A stretch of DNA of 59,105 bases, taken from a virus. Lineage: Duplodnaviria > Caudoviricetes. The DNA is taken from the IMG/VR virus record IMGVR_UViG_3300030330_000851, positions 1 to 59,105 of that record. One strand, given 5' to 3'. Positions 39,301 through 47,847 of the stretch are shown piece by piece. Made by a program: the position numbers and the translations under genes. Under the pieces are notes generated by a model, which searched no databases, was not told the origin of the DNA, and worked only from the letters and a program-made list of their open reading frames with translations. The first letter of the stretch is position 1. Each line of letters starts with the position of its first letter.

Positions 39301-42012
39301 AAGACGTTACGAACAGAGAGAGATGCTATAGATGATGCAGGTATTGATTATGTTATAAGAAAGATTAATAAGAATGAAAAGCTAACACCTGAAGAAACAA
39401 ACTTGTACTATAGAAACGAGGCTTATGAAATGTTGAAAGACTTTAATGCACTTAACCTTGATGAGGTACAAGGATTGTTTGAAGAGATTTCTCTACTCAA
39501 GAAAGAAGGTATAGAGCAATTGAAATCTAATCTTGCTGCTCGTACCAAAAGAAATCAAAAGACTGAGGAGGAAGCTATCAAACAAATCAAAGAGGACTAC
39601 TCCTACCTTGTTAATGAGGATGGAACTATATTCTCTTCTACTGAAGTGAGCAATAATCAAGCTGATATATTTAAAAGATGGAGGGAATCTAAGGGTTTTA
39701 AGTCTATTAAAGATATGTTTAGTCAGTGGGCTAAGGGTAGAAAGGGCAACATGGTTATTAATAATATGGGTAGTCTTGAAACCATGACCAATGCTCTTGA
39801 CAATCCTGTAAAGGGAAACAATTTTTTTACAGAAAACTTTACCAATAGACTAAAAGATTTACGTGAAAGATTTTTAGATGGTAAACAAAAAGAAACTAAA
39901 AAGATTGACGAGATACTTAATAGCATCTCAGGAATAAAATCTAAGACACGTCCTTTTAAGCGTCCTTATGGTGTGTTGATAGATATGTTAGCTCAACCAA
40001 AGATAACTGTTACAAACGCTAAAGGAAAGACTGAAAAGCTTACTCGTGACCAAGCACTAAGAATATATGCGCTATGGCAGAACCCTGTGCAAAGACAGAA
40101 GCTTGAGTTCGGTCATGAGAAAGGCGAGCCTACCAAAGGAACTTTTTATAATCAGGAGACTATTAATGAAATAGAAAGTAAGTTAGGCAAAGACTTAATA
40201 GAGTTTGCGGATAAAGTTATAGCTTACTTAAACACGGAGTATTATGATAGCATCAATCAAGTATACCGACAGGTAAACAATGCCAACTTAAAGCGAGTTG
40301 AAAATTACTTTCCTACTCGTACTGTAAACGATTCGTTTGAACGAATGAAACTTGAGGAAGCCGGGGACTTTGGTGCCATCTTTCAAGCGGTAGCTCCTGC
40401 GCTTCACGAACGTACCGATACTACAGGTCGTATAAAAATAACCGAAGACGGTGTGGCATTAGGGTTTACCTCAGTGCTTAGTGAGCATATCGAGTCCATG
40501 GAAAGGTTCAAAGCATATGCCGAAGGTGTAAAAACCATGCGGGATATACTAAGAATGAAGTCAGTAAACTCCGTGCTTGAGGCTACACGTACTAAACAAA
40601 TGATTAAAGATAGGATAATGGCAGCAGTCAATCCATCTTTTTTACTTAGAAGAAAAGGTAAGCAAACCTTTAGTAAAGTATTTAGTAACTTTACTTCATG
40701 GGCATTAGGGTTTAAGTTATGGCAAGTACCAAAGCAAGCCTCTTCTTTCATTACTTCTTTTGCTGATTACGATTCAGGAATAAAAAGCTATGATGCTTTA
40801 GGTGTAAGCAAAGCGGCAGGGGATATGATAATGTATTCCATTGACCTGTTAACTACCGTAGCTAACCTAAGCACGGACTTGCTACCCGACAAACAACGAT
40901 TAGCTATAAGCAAAAAACTTGGTATTAATATTCCTGAAGGACCAATACATCAAGCCTACCGTGTGTCCGCTACATTCAGAGATAGGATTCAAGAGGGAAT
41001 GCAAGGAGATGTATGGGGTCTTGAGTCGGGGTCAGCCATTAAGAAACGTACAGGTGGTGTGGTGCCAAAAAAATTAGTAAGACTACAGCGTGGTTATAAG
41101 GATTTAAAAACATTAGGTAATGCGTTCACTATGTTTGGTGATGCTCTTGGAGTAATGGGTTACATGGTTAACTATAGAAGAGATTTAAAGAGAGGCATGA
41201 GTCAAGCAGAAGCTTTAAGAAAGTTTAATAAGTATGAATCCACTCAGCAAACAAGGTCTACTGTAGAAAAGAATAGGTTACAACTTGAAGGTTCTGATTT
41301 CACAAGAGTGTTTACCATGTTTGCAAGCACAATATTTTTACAGCAAAATCAAATAGCACAATCCTCATCTAATATTTTACAAGCATTTGCTAATGGTAAA
41401 GTTCCTAGACAAAAAGATATTCGTGCATTGTACTTGAATCTTGGGATAGCTAATGTTGCCTTTATATTTATGCAACAAATATTTAAGTATGCCTTTGGAG
41501 ATGATGAGGAGGTAGAAGAAGTAACAAACAAAATGGAGGATGTAATGTATGGCATCAATAGTCTTGCTGAGTTGCCTCTAATGGGACCGAGTATAATTGA
41601 AGCAAAAAAATATTTCATTGATGAAAAGATAAGAGGAAAGAAAAGAAAGTATGGGGAAAAAGTTCCTGAAATATCTAACCCCCTAAACCAACTTGTTCTG
41701 AAAGGTATAAGAGAATATGACAAGGCAGGTTCAAAGGAAGCAATTAAAGGATTAGCTGAAGTTATAATAGGAATAAACACAGACCCTATAATAGGGTTTA
41801 AGAATAAGGTGATAGGAGACAGCGACTTTACAGAAATGGATAAAGACTTCTATGATATGTTAGGTATTCCTAAGACAGCCCGACCTAAAAAGAAAAAAGC
41901 GGATGACTCTCTTGATAAGTTTGATAATTTTGAGTCGTTTGATAAGAGTGATAAATTTAAAACTTTTAAACAAGAGCAAAAAGAAAAAGATAAAGAGGAT
42001 GAGAATTGGTAA
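30391..42012 (+). CDS. Giant polyvalent virion/ejection protein, 3873 aa (two zincin metallopeptidases, ART-like module, LPD23-like domain)
   Basis: FHEGVH..EEQLAE (about 33994); VHNT..FEEFD..GKGLYVSD (about 35452-35547); GWYRGVDGEYRYEIPD (about 36973); LLHEIQHAIQ..EGF..YGEIESRNVE (about 37336-37930). Confidence 0.8.
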   Translation: MNEEAIQRFYELFQQDGYTKSLDEFKQLMRTNEEAQEVAYELALGDGYTKYFDDFKLLVGATMDDRQREEARIYNERLEMQAAEQKKKEDMESLLEPSSSESRTDDSLRVSYPMETTWEGAEATVDPAAPLQATTENMKQFAQIREQMKVENRIKAAQKQYPELFEDFELSYRNYDTGDAKKDLVRDQRNLLLIEMPPEELKRLSDLHKQQKSIYKQIPNVKYPEATKEYKKWRQISNEISEINNKYLVRYSPLGDVDKFEQGRLSNLTQGKEQLEYLQSRARDRAERKEAKRDRWKESVDKYITEDLAGQEEEEVVSFLKNQFGDSGFSFQQVDTDLGLFEVDMGDAMRVVAPNGADIEIDLDTVMSEGEEAEKLKNFMMANRPAKVSNTIQKRYNNEQDVKEGMDYVKSLNNSYVKSSRNLDKFQELYYNQRRQWEALSTDQKNTPEGNALFNEMMNSQEGYNTAKKNVELDKKKLAKESQEVDYLAGKYLAYKNDPDRGSYAGALYNSALGLVDHTAGATVSISNLIADKVVKPMIKKNLPGLTKEELEGIDNNEYSKELLEKARGVTDAIKAKDQEAFAEEWKKSTPGMVLTSVAEFLPAMAAGPLSIPLIGLSSMDMFAQEMESIEAFDNVDDGEKLALAAALAIPMALLERIGFTNAAIKSSPKILNYLMAKGVMGAEKAGMKMSHKAITKATIEEIENSGLRGLAKMGAAGLAEFETGLAQGMVEGGTKWAYDFLKDKKMYDAPDLTTAKGWGDWAINSLESGYYEMLGGLVMGVPVGLASAVTKKDFTQIDDASWELFKQIKDDPTLLNLSEQDFIQKIALGKASKADAIRVRDNFREAVNIYNKIPEPDTYSTNQQKQIMGLLLRKAQLEARKKGKDPTLALKEDAEIDSINKKLAALSESAGDAAIDERRMKENIKEEFSNLKEDDEIELVVEKLEDIPEQYRETATKQQTGDAKIEVNSLVAGLPIGKTSSSVSGDFYTYKLTGKQINDAIQEQSTTDMDAPQSTTDVQEVEVGTSAAGPEVTATEEIKVTDEEKAGLNNLGFTDEMIEVMTPEDVDIAKTYTDPAQATEMKQKYEEDMQRLKELQAEGTEGGRVEAVTAVEGDAVVNNRGQVTLTKNQEKLVKRAKNVAKSLKGLIPKLKIVTHATNADYFEAINEKETDKNRFERGEFDSKTNTIHINLQNADGSTVFHEGVHALLYSKFSNSVLQKVISDDLIAKLVRVIPKGSFTIQRRLLLPNGESAFETVDMHQYLKDVASDYKKANVKEISEEQLAEVFGALASQYNSMTVSQKSVITKFFAKVYKFFGGKGDINSFTNDDVAVVNLLNSLAFKMRTGEEIIEDDVTVLKDAEQRAIEGTAETTTEKSPKTKTKGRPKQTVEELLKERSELEEYLMMHPKKRYIAKKERIKINKRLQAIDNLLLKRDKEDRQKTKTKGKLMKEGKSHIFVKKYPDSKTGFKLTIKEVLPNNLIRFEKNKNINNTNNLFRKDNEGNYVEVLPGNKTGQVIGFKPAKTKAAPVETTTEAVEEGVNAEIELEIAQVEFEIEEAEQLIEEIQIEINNIKSNFKEDVDKLKARGKKFMKTDEYAEELEELKYSRDGNLESYNDDLKEARSDKRKLETKKKKLEAKLTPTSRKQVAAKEVDMVFDIEANKNVLDKVGSKKDYVEYLKSTLTFPQIFVHNTLRPFEEFDSDLTTTGTKDLGKGLYVSDIKNSNQWKAYQSLEGRKGNTILKENITSLASQVGLTEEYLKSLYTKNFQEKKKQIQNKLRKENPNLSEQQLKNETAMLLMEDAAMSYDKIGIIENALKENDAKIKGDTKQLSRLKELLSKYKKVKDVEILDEPTQQYYGYIGEQAPVQVDDMYRDEGETDATFVMKGEEDNVSEAIFKDKKDYIRLGSKEDVKRFKEFMSTPTSRKQIAAKEDIIFDGKKISKEDLGKRYKEIRSDNYLIPIKQIGNYITYNGDNSQIKEVVDIINERVSPKKKTGNYSERFINSLQRFAFDSGTPRKFASAIRKSFDPNFTSATQKENIRYGKFKNFQDRLDYFEITKTYTPTLTTQQVDNDYNKKVEAFAKEYGYKIPESYNYDKKAPTSRKQVAAKESVAPMKVNEEFSKMTPAQKRKQIGGRFGNLSLELRKGLFRAKQAYKYADEYERLRKSNKIRDIELFEKKYQQNPPMTEQKIFLNSGGWYRGVDGEYRYEIPDGKLVKGTYQEFTKQSLSEPENREARLDEIYIAPELYKTYPQIADIMVQFEPMVTVKKRGKVEKNTATVGYFSNRNQLIVINTNESDFAEANPTQQRNLIFYTLLHEIQHAIQLIEGFALGASDKESKAGRGKRVTEKWNQGKEDLTKERIFQSRYHKDLRKKYETFRINKEFVGHFIRVLNKLSAKRYNEEFFKLLKSGNKGKDLVSILKTLYLEGGEKIYKELAADARYFHKEVSGRKIKMTQESLGNFLDKMLDFSALNGMTEATDIEDVSRRLIKMLELYDSFNMYSRTYGEIESRNVEERARKKKELAVLKSKIDKVERLGMKKGVDELEKIERIEQLEEQLYRELPTVHEDSQGLIEGVNEELQGPYIMKTQPRGRMKKVAPKKQTQLTTTEENVQDIERIQSISRKQLPPKTASLEDIVAWGRERGEKDSVIRMLLKSRGFGTLSEIDDAMRKTMEMKAMPTELASILGGIKKGEELFKDVMTKFYDATMETKEVTGESKERIAKAKKIMLNNPQEYGNEKDGVFIKKDKEGNVIRKQTLDITKAKGGVKIITATEVLGVPRTSMETVFTKSLGKRREILQDLLKKNPVYKNLSEYEKATVESALDRVLNTRANPTVQQRIEAARRVKRAVEKNQKDVQELRNRLTALIRESLPKVMKNAESTKNLNRLLRIISKGTKDTVLTDTEKILKEIETINKKEATTIKDKIRKIIKAKSRSDYQKIGVDATTHQFFQALNRMLKIVEVNAKDVDLLEKTLRTERDAIDDAGIDYVIRKINKNEKLTPEETNLYYRNEAYEMLKDFNALNLDEVQGLFEEISLLKKEGIEQLKSNLAARTKRNQKTEEEAIKQIKEDYSYLVNEDGTIFSSTEVSNNQADIFKRWRESKGFKSIKDMFSQWAKGRKGNMVINNMGSLETMTNALDNPVKGNNFFTENFTNRLKDLRERFLDGKQKETKKIDEILNSISGIKSKTRPFKRPYGVLIDMLAQPKITVTNAKGKTEKLTRDQALRIYALWQNPVQRQKLEFGHEKGEPTKGTFYNQETINEIESKLGKDLIEFADKVIAYLNTEYYDSINQVYRQVNNANLKRVENYFPTRTVNDSFERMKLEEAGDFGAIFQAVAPALHERTDTTGRIKITEDGVALGFTSVLSEHIESMERFKAYAEGVKTMRDILRMKSVNSVLEATRTKQMIKDRIMAAVNPSFLLRRKGKQTFSKVFSNFTSWALGFKLWQVPKQASSFITSFADYDSGIKSYDALGVSKAAGDMIMYSIDLLTTVANLSTDLLPDKQRLAISKKLGINIPEGPIHQAYRVSATFRDRIQEGMQGDVWGLESGSAIKKRTGGVVPKKLVRLQRGYKDLKTLGNAFTMFGDALGVMGYMVNYRRDLKRGMSQAEALRKFNKYESTQQTRSTVEKNRLQLEGSDFTRVFTMFASTIFLQQNQIAQSSSNILQAFANGKVPRQKDIRALYLNLGIANVAFIFMQQIFKYAFGDDEEVEEVTNKMEDVMYGINSLAELPLMGPSIIEAKKYFIDEKIRGKKRKYGEKVPEISNPLNQLVLKGIREYDKAGSKEAIKGLAEVIIGINTDPIIGFKNKVIGDSDFTEMDKDFYDMLGIPKTARPKKKKADDSLDKFDNFESFDKSDKFKTFKQEQKEKDKEDENW
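35308..36717 (+). repeat. Three in-frame 36-nt direct repeats (35308-35343, 36148-36183, 36682-36717) encoding (T/A)PTSRKQ(V/I)AAKE
   Basis: ACCCCCACCTCACGTAAGCAGGTAGCTGCAAAGGAG; copies 2 and 3 match copy 1 at 34/36 and 33/36. Confidence 0.95.
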
Positions 42013-42015
42013 GGC

Positions 42016-42432
42016 TTACTTATAATACTTAACGTACTTAAACCTCTTAGTGAATGGAAAGTATGCCATGAGTTCAGCATCATTGACTGCTCCTTCTCGT
42101 GGTGGTCTCCCTCCCCATCGTATCTCTCCGTTAAGTTTATCTACGGATGAGTAGATGAGTCCATCCTCACAAGCCCATATCATTATAGGGTTCAATCTCT
42201 TGTCGGATAGCTTAACCAACTTGCGTACAGCTACAGGCAATGGGAATGCTTTTCTCATTGGTCTTAGCCTACCCTTTATCTCAGCGTAAGCAATGAGGTC
42301 TCCCTCTTTGTTAAATACTTTGTAGTCGATATCATTCTCTCCAAGTTTTTTGAATGAGCCTTGGAATATTCTAACAAAAGACTTGATTGCTTTTTGTTCT
42401 CTTGCTGTGTCCTCAATGGTTTCAAACCTCAT
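42016..42432 (-). CDS. PD-(D/E)XK nuclease-like protein
   Basis: IDYKV....AYAEIKGR. Confidence 0.6.
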   Translation of the reverse strand: MRFETIEDTAREQKAIKSFVRIFQGSFKKLGENDIDYKVFNKEGDLIAYAEIKGRLRPMRKAFPLPVAVRKLVKLSDKRLNPIMIWACEDGLIYSSVDKLNGEIRWGGRPPREGAVNDAELMAYFPFTKRFKYVKYYK

Positions 42433-42436
42433 TGAC

Positions 42437-42628
42437 TTATATTATTTCATCTTCTAAAGAATCCAACAAGACTTTAAGTTCACTCATCTGTTCTCTAATG
42501 ACTTCCTTTAAGTCTTCGTACTCTCTATCTATTAAGTGTTCGTAAATCTGATTGTTCTTTTCGTGCAGACCTAACATTAAAATGTTTATGTGGTGTAACC
42601 TTTCTCTTTCTACCGCACTTGTTTTCAT
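42437..42628 (-). CDS. Hypothetical protein
   Basis: ORF track, co-oriented with neighbours. Confidence 0.6.
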   Translation of the reverse strand: MKTSAVERERLHHINILMLGLHEKNNQIYEHLIDREYEDLKEVIREQMSELKVLLDSLEDEII

Positions 42629-42649
42629 GTTGAGATATAAATATAATAA

Positions 42650-42937
42650 TTATTTTTTATTGTGGGAAGGAGACTTAATCTTTCTTATCTCATACAACAC
42701 CTCCTCTCTATGTTTCTTTGCTTTGTTACTCCACGTTTCCCACCACTCATTAAAGATGTCTTCTTTCTTTGGTCCTCTGTCCTCTATGTGTAATACTATC
42801 TCAGGCTTAACCTTTTCCATAGCCTGCTCTTCACTTTCCGCATGCACAATACTGTAGTGTGTGGTATCATATACTTGTTTAGTAGAGTCATGCTTACTTG
42901 GTATTAGTTTGGTGTGTGTAATCTTGTACGTCTTCAT
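42650..42937 (-). CDS. Hypothetical protein (MKTYKITH..AESEEQA)
   Basis: Similar to the ORF at 56709-56879. Confidence 0.65.
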   Translation of the reverse strand: MKTYKITHTKLIPSKHDSTKQVYDTTHYSIVHAESEEQAMEKVKPEIVLHIEDRGPKKEDIFNEWWETWSNKAKKHREEVLYEIRKIKSPSHNKK

Positions 42938-43253
42938 CTTTTAAAATTTGATTTAAGTTTATGTTGTCAAGGTATTCATCTACTTCTATTTCTTTCAATG
43001 AAGTAAACACAGGAACCTCGCCTGTTTGTTTTAAAAATTCTACCTCAAAGAACATAGGTTCTTCAAGCTTAACTACTCCTGCTATGTACTGTAACCATCC
43101 ATCTTTTTCAGGAAGTAATTCAGCATTACGTTCTAATTGATAAGCTATCTGTACTCCGTAGGGTCTTGCAAAAGATTCAAGCATATAAAGAAACTCAGTG
43201 TCCACTTGGAAGTTAGTAAAATCAACCTCTATATATCTCTGTTCTGCATCCAT
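42894..43253 (-). CDS. Acidic hypothetical protein
   Basis: ORF track. Confidence 0.6.
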   Translation of the reverse strand: MDAEQRYIEVDFTNFQVDTEFLYMLESFARPYGVQIAYQLERNAELLPEKDGWLQYIAGVVKLEEPMFFEVEFLKQTGEVPVFTSLKEIEVDEYLDNINLNQILKDEDVQDYTHQTNTK

Positions 43254-43461
43254 GTTCTTTTAATTCTTTTAATCGGTACTCCTGTAATTTAGATACCTTC
43301 CCCTTCGGTGTCTTGACTTCACTAAATAAAACACCGCTGTCCTTTGGTATAGCAATGATGTCAGGTATACCATTCTTGTTAGTCTTTACTAACTTAATAA
43401 CGTAGTACCCTTCCTCTTCAAGTTGTTTGATTCTTTTAGATTGGATTTGTTGCTCGGTCAT
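43222..43461 (-). CDS. VRR-NUC domain nuclease
   Basis: TEQQIQ, GIPDIIA, FSEVKTPKGKVSKLQ. Confidence 0.85.
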   Translation of the reverse strand: MTEQQIQSKRIKQLEEEGYYVIKLVKTNKNGIPDIIAIPKDSGVLFSEVKTPKGKVSKLQEYRLKELKEHGCRTEIYRG

Positions 43462-43684
43462 CTATATCAAAGTTACGAAATCCTTTTGGATTTTTCTCAA
43501 GTAACTTGCCCACTAAAATCTGCGCCTCTTGTTTCTTTAACTCGTTCTTTAGATGATGGACTTGAGCTGCGTAATAGTTAACTGAATTAGTTAGCTCTAC
43601 TTTTAATCTCATTAAGTCTCCAATCTTTTCTTCTTTTTCGTGTAGAAGTTTGTGTAATCTTTCAATGTGTTCTTGCTGTGTCAT
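43436..43684 (-). CDS. Coiled-coil hypothetical protein
   Basis: ORF track. Confidence 0.55.
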   Translation of the reverse strand: MTQQEHIERLHKLLHEKEEKIGDLMRLKVELTNSVNYYAAQVHHLKNELKKQEAQILVGKLLEKNPKGFRNFDIDDRATNPI

Positions 43685-44910
43685 ATGAATTGTTTTTTAA
43701 AATGGTTAATAGTATAATCTTTCTTCTTGGTTACTGCTTTATATATCTGCTTCTCAATACCACCCTTAGCAAAGACCCAATACACATCGTTGTGTACTCT
43801 ATCTTTGGTAGTCATCCTATCTCTGCTCTGCCAATACGATGTGGCACTGAAGTCAATGTTGTAATACACAAGGGCTTGTGCTTTCTTTAAAGATATACCC
43901 TCGCGTCCACTCACAATTTGTAAGGCTATAGATTTGTCGGTGGTATTAAACTCATCTAACTCTGTAGTTAATTTATCCTCAAAGATTTCTTTAAGTGCCG
44001 CAAGTTCTGCAGTAAACTTATAGAAGATTCCAATCTTCTTACCCTTGAAATATTTTTTAATAAACTCCGCCTTACTAAAGTCCATGACCATCGAGTGACC
44101 TGACTCAAACTTCACTGTACCTGAGAACATCTGATGTAACTTCATCATTAACTTCACAGGTGTATCAGCAAGAATTATTTCTTTCTTCCCTTCTATAACT
44201 AAATCCTTTTGTAATCGTTTAGTCATGTCGTAGGTATATGGTTTCATGTCTACCTCCAACACATTCTCTGTAGTTGTGACCTTAAATCCTGCGTTCTCCT
44301 GCGAGAAACGTATAGTATATGGTGTCATCATATCTAAAATAGAATTAAGTCCCTTAGAATAGTCGTTAATAAGCATTCCATTTATTTTTTTCTGTGTTAC
44401 ATTCACATACTCATGAGCAAACTTATAAAAGTTTTTATATTCTTTGAATGGATTGTTAGGAATACCATACACCTGATGGTACATCTGTGAGTACGACTCA
44501 GGTGTAGGTGTCCCCGACATAAGAATAACTTTACTATTACATTTCTTTATTAAATCTTTCACACTCTTAGCCCTCTTGTTTGGTTTAGCAAACGCACCAA
44601 GACTGTGTGCTTCATCACATATTATTACATCCCACTTAACATCGGGTAGCTTATGCATACTCTCGTAGTTAATAGTGAATAAAATAAAATTGGTAGGACA
44701 CATCATATCAAAGTCAGATGTGATGGAGCTGATTGCTTTCTTCTTGGTTAAGAATAGAACATGCTCTACATTTAATCTCTCACATATCCCAAGACTCGTT
44801 AATGTCTTTCCTGTTCTAACTTCCATGGCAAGATATAAGAAATCATGCACCTCTATTATAGAAGTTCCCAACTCCATAATAGCTAATTGATAATCTCTAT
44901 ACTTAATCAT
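43681..44910 (-). CDS. SF2 (SNF2-like) helicase
   Basis: YRDYQ, RTGKT, DEAH, MSGTP, GREGISL, QSRDR. Confidence 0.88.
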   Translation of the reverse strand: MIKYRDYQLAIMELGTSIIEVHDFLYLAMEVRTGKTLTSLGICERLNVEHVLFLTKKKAISSITSDFDMMCPTNFILFTINYESMHKLPDVKWDVIICDEAHSLGAFAKPNKRAKSVKDLIKKCNSKVILMSGTPTPESYSQMYHQVYGIPNNPFKEYKNFYKFAHEYVNVTQKKINGMLINDYSKGLNSILDMMTPYTIRFSQENAGFKVTTTENVLEVDMKPYTYDMTKRLQKDLVIEGKKEIILADTPVKLMMKLHQMFSGTVKFESGHSMVMDFSKAEFIKKYFKGKKIGIFYKFTAELAALKEIFEDKLTTELDEFNTTDKSIALQIVSGREGISLKKAQALVYYNIDFSATSYWQSRDRMTTKDRVHNDVYWVFAKGGIEKQIYKAVTKKKDYTINHFKKQFI

Positions 44911-47312
44911 AACTCTAACTTTCCGTTTTCTTCAATGTCCTGTAGGGTTCTAAACTCTATCCATCTACCACCACCATCTCTACCTTCAAGAGGTTCAACG
45001 TCATACTTAAATATACCATAGGTCTTAAGCCATCTATAAAATCTTGTTCGACTTAACTTACGTTGGTTGTCGGGATTCTCTGTGATAAAGTCTAAGTATA
45101 AGTCATGCTTGTATATGGTGTGATGAGGTAATAATAAATTGTTAGGAGCATGCCCATCAATTAAACCACACCATTCTATAAACTCATGTGAGGTAGCAGC
45201 CGATAACTTTCTTACCTTTAGATTTACAAACTGACTTCTTATTAATCCTTTGTTCATGTATAACTGTAAACAACTAATCATATAGTTATCAAAGACACAC
45301 CACTCTTCATCATCCCAATCTCCAAACATTAACTTATTAAACTCATCAAGAGGTGTGTAATGTTTTGAATAGTGTTGGTGTAACTCTAACTCCCACTTCC
45401 TTCTCTCAAAAGAATTTCCTGCTCCCTTGATTGCATAGTTAGTAGTGATTGCAATCTTAGGGGACTTAGCAAATGGTATCTTGATAGCATCCTTGTTCTT
45501 CTTCTCAAGAGTTAATCCTTCAGTTACTACCGAGAATAATCTTTCAAAGTCAAAGTGTTTCTTCACATCATCAAAGCAAAGTATCTGCGTGTCTGCTGAT
45601 ACAAGTTGGTATGCGAAACTCTTTTCAAATGCAAATGATTTACCATCAATCACTACAACTTTCTTCATCTTCTGTAGTGCATTGATAAACAATCCCTTAC
45701 CTGTACCACCCTCGGGGTTGTCTGATATAACCTCATCATTTAATATTACAGCAGGACAATAGCTGAGGTTCTTATATCCATGCATCATGTATCCAAGCGT
45801 AGACTCCATTGACCTTGTTCTGCTCTCATCTCTTTTGCATATGTTGTTAATAAACTTTTGAAAGTCACAGTTGATTATAGAACACTTGTTAAAGTTCCTA
45901 TCTATTACGTGGTCTTTCCATACGTAACCACCCAAGTCTATATAGTCTATAGGTATCACATCTTCTTTATCTATCTTGACTGCACAGTTTTTGTAGTACA
46001 AGTATGAGGTGTCCTTAGTATCCTCTATAAAGTATACATCAATAGATGATAGCAGTGTAAGGAACTCATCCTTAAAGAAACGTGTGTTGTCTGCAAAGTA
46101 ATTGTATATACTTATATCATCTAAGTCAATAAGATGATTGAGTATAAAATCTTTTATCTCTTTCTCTGATGTGTGGTCGATGAGGTTGTTGGTTACCTTG
46201 ACAAACACATAGTTCTTACTTCCCTCGGGGCAATACTTATAGAATCCATTCTCCTCTAAGAACAACTTGAACAATACATGCACTATCTTTATTACTCCCT
46301 TATCGTTCTTCGTCCAAAAGGTTTGCTTCTGATTATCTTCTTCAGCTTTATTTAATACTGAATCAATAACATTATCTTCCATCTCATTACGACTAAGCTC
46401 TTCTCTTATCTCTTTCTTAGATACACCACGTTTTAGTTTAACCTTAATGTTATTAACCTTTTCCTCATCCTCATAGTATTTGGTACCGAAGTTGTTGATG
46501 TTAGAATAAGCTGAGTCAATCGTTCTTATTATCTCACGTTGATTAAAATCTTTTGTGGAATATTGATTGAGTACATACTTAGCTAACTCTTTGTTGACAC
46601 CAAAGTCATTGAATGCTGATGCAAGTACATAACAGTTTTGGTTTCGTTGTCCCTCAGTCATAGGGTATTTCTTTTTCCACCATTTAACTAAGATGTCTAC
46701 TATTTTATTTTCGTCCGTGATAGGTATGGTTGCTATGTCTCTGTGCTTAACTACCTCTTTGTACTCAGGCTCTTCAATCTTATCCCATGTGCTTGCATTC
46801 TCGTTGATGTGTATCAATGGGTCATAACTTTCATAGCATACTCGTGATACATTCTTACATGTCTTGTCAAAGTATTCTGAATTGAAATATGTTTTAAGTG
46901 AATTAAAATAGTTGGTATGGTTTTCTTCATCTTGTGGTATCTTAACTAAGACCTTTAGTCCATTACCTGATGGCGATAAGAATACGGAGTACACATAATT
47001 GTTCTCACTGAATCCTTGCTTTGCTCCAAGTAAATCTTTCTTCTTGGTGTAGCCATCAAAGTCTAAACAAATCAAACCACTGTGTTCAAGTAGTGAGGTG
47101 TCGTTTCTTTTGGTAAACTTTCCTGAGAAACAAATAGCAGGTAGATGTTTCTTTAACTCTTGTCTCTCGGATTTGTTTGACTCAAGTCGTATGCTTTTAA
47201 CTAAATCTTTACTCGCTCCGTTCTTAATTCTTTCTAATATCTCCCCTACATTTCTATAAAAGGGAGTGCTTGTGTCCTTAATAGACCTAAATATTGTGAT
47301 GTTCTGTGTCAT
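44907..47312 (-). CDS. Primase-helicase (BT4734/VirE-N primase-like domain, PriCT, SF3 helicase)
   Basis: ICLDFD, SPSGNGLK, EGQRN, EGGTGKG, LCFDDV, ITTN. Confidence 0.85.
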   Translation of the reverse strand: MTQNITIFRSIKDTSTPFYRNVGEILERIKNGASKDLVKSIRLESNKSERQELKKHLPAICFSGKFTKRNDTSLLEHSGLICLDFDGYTKKKDLLGAKQGFSENNYVYSVFLSPSGNGLKVLVKIPQDEENHTNYFNSLKTYFNSEYFDKTCKNVSRVCYESYDPLIHINENASTWDKIEEPEYKEVVKHRDIATIPITDENKIVDILVKWWKKKYPMTEGQRNQNCYVLASAFNDFGVNKELAKYVLNQYSTKDFNQREIIRTIDSAYSNINNFGTKYYEDEEKVNNIKVKLKRGVSKKEIREELSRNEMEDNVIDSVLNKAEEDNQKQTFWTKNDKGVIKIVHVLFKLFLEENGFYKYCPEGSKNYVFVKVTNNLIDHTSEKEIKDFILNHLIDLDDISIYNYFADNTRFFKDEFLTLLSSIDVYFIEDTKDTSYLYYKNCAVKIDKEDVIPIDYIDLGGYVWKDHVIDRNFNKCSIINCDFQKFINNICKRDESRTRSMESTLGYMMHGYKNLSYCPAVILNDEVISDNPEGGTGKGLFINALQKMKKVVVIDGKSFAFEKSFAYQLVSADTQILCFDDVKKHFDFERLFSVVTEGLTLEKKNKDAIKIPFAKSPKIAITTNYAIKGAGNSFERRKWELELHQHYSKHYTPLDEFNKLMFGDWDDEEWCVFDNYMISCLQLYMNKGLIRSQFVNLKVRKLSAATSHEFIEWCGLIDGHAPNNLLLPHHTIYKHDLYLDFITENPDNQRKLSRTRFYRWLKTYGIFKYDVEPLEGRDGGGRWIEFRTLQDIEENGKLEL

Positions 47313-47317
47313 TTTTC

Positions 47318-47470
47318 TGTCCTTTATGTCGTTCTTATGTCGATTATTTTTTTCTAACTAACTGATTATCAAGTGTCCTGTCGATATGTCGATTATTTTC
47401 TTTCGTATATAAGGAATAAAAATAAATATAATAAATTATATATACTATATATGTGGAAAAAAATCGTCAT
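47318..47470. other. Origin-like locus A (TGTCGAT iterons plus AT-rich tract)
   Basis: TGTCGAT at 47339, 47379 and 47387, TGTCGTT at 47327, then TCGTATATAAG and an AT run; directly upstream of the primase-helicase. Confidence 0.55.
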
Positions 47471-47500
47471 AAGAAAAGGGGGTAGTCACTCCCCCTTCTC
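47471..47500 (-). terminator. Intrinsic terminator after the SSB-like gene
   Basis: Minus strand AAGGGGG-agtgacta-CCCCCTT followed by TTCTT. Confidence 0.7.
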
Positions 47501-47520
47501 GTAACCAATTAACATACCGA

Positions 47521-47775
47521 TTAGAATGGTAGTTCATCCTTCTCAGTTTTTTTTGGGGAACCTTTTTCTTTTGGCTCCCAAGTATCAAGCTCCACGTAAT
47601 AGTTTCCACTACGTGCTTGATTAATATTTAGATTACACCATCCTTTCTTATTGTTCTCTTTAAGAAAAGAGATAGCGTCATCTACTTTGATATTAACATT
47701 ACCAACTACAAAGTCGGGTGCGTTCTCTCTTCTCTTGAAAGAGAATCCGTCTGCAAAAATTTTATCTTCTGCCAT
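47521..47775 (-). CDS. Small putative ssDNA-binding protein
   Basis: Beta-rich core, acidic DELPF C-terminus, located in the recombination module. Confidence 0.55.
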   Translation of the reverse strand: MAEDKIFADGFSFKRRENAPDFVVGNVNIKVDDAISFLKENNKKGWCNLNINQARSGNYYVELDTWEPKEKGSPKKTEKDELPF

Positions 47776-47791
47776 ATTATAATTTTAATTG

Positions 47792-47847
47792 TGTCCTAAC
47801 ATTATTAATTAACAGTTAGATAGGATGCGTAGGACAACCATCCCATC
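47792..47847 (-). promoter_or_regulatory. Predicted H-type RNA pseudoknot in the leader of the SSB-like gene
   Basis: S1 GAUGGGAUG/CAUCCUAUC interleaved with S2 UGUCCUA/UAGGACA. Confidence 0.5.

Noticed and set aside
30391-42012. Giant protein as a virion RNA polymerase (N4- or crAss-like) using the palindromes as hairpin promoters
   Set aside because: I found no DxDxD or T7-type polymerase motifs, and early genes have host-type promoters. A structure search would be needed to exclude it fully.
513-42083. Numerous short antisense or alternate-frame ORFs within long genes
   Set aside because: Shadows of real genes with low-complexity F/S/L composition and no initiation signals
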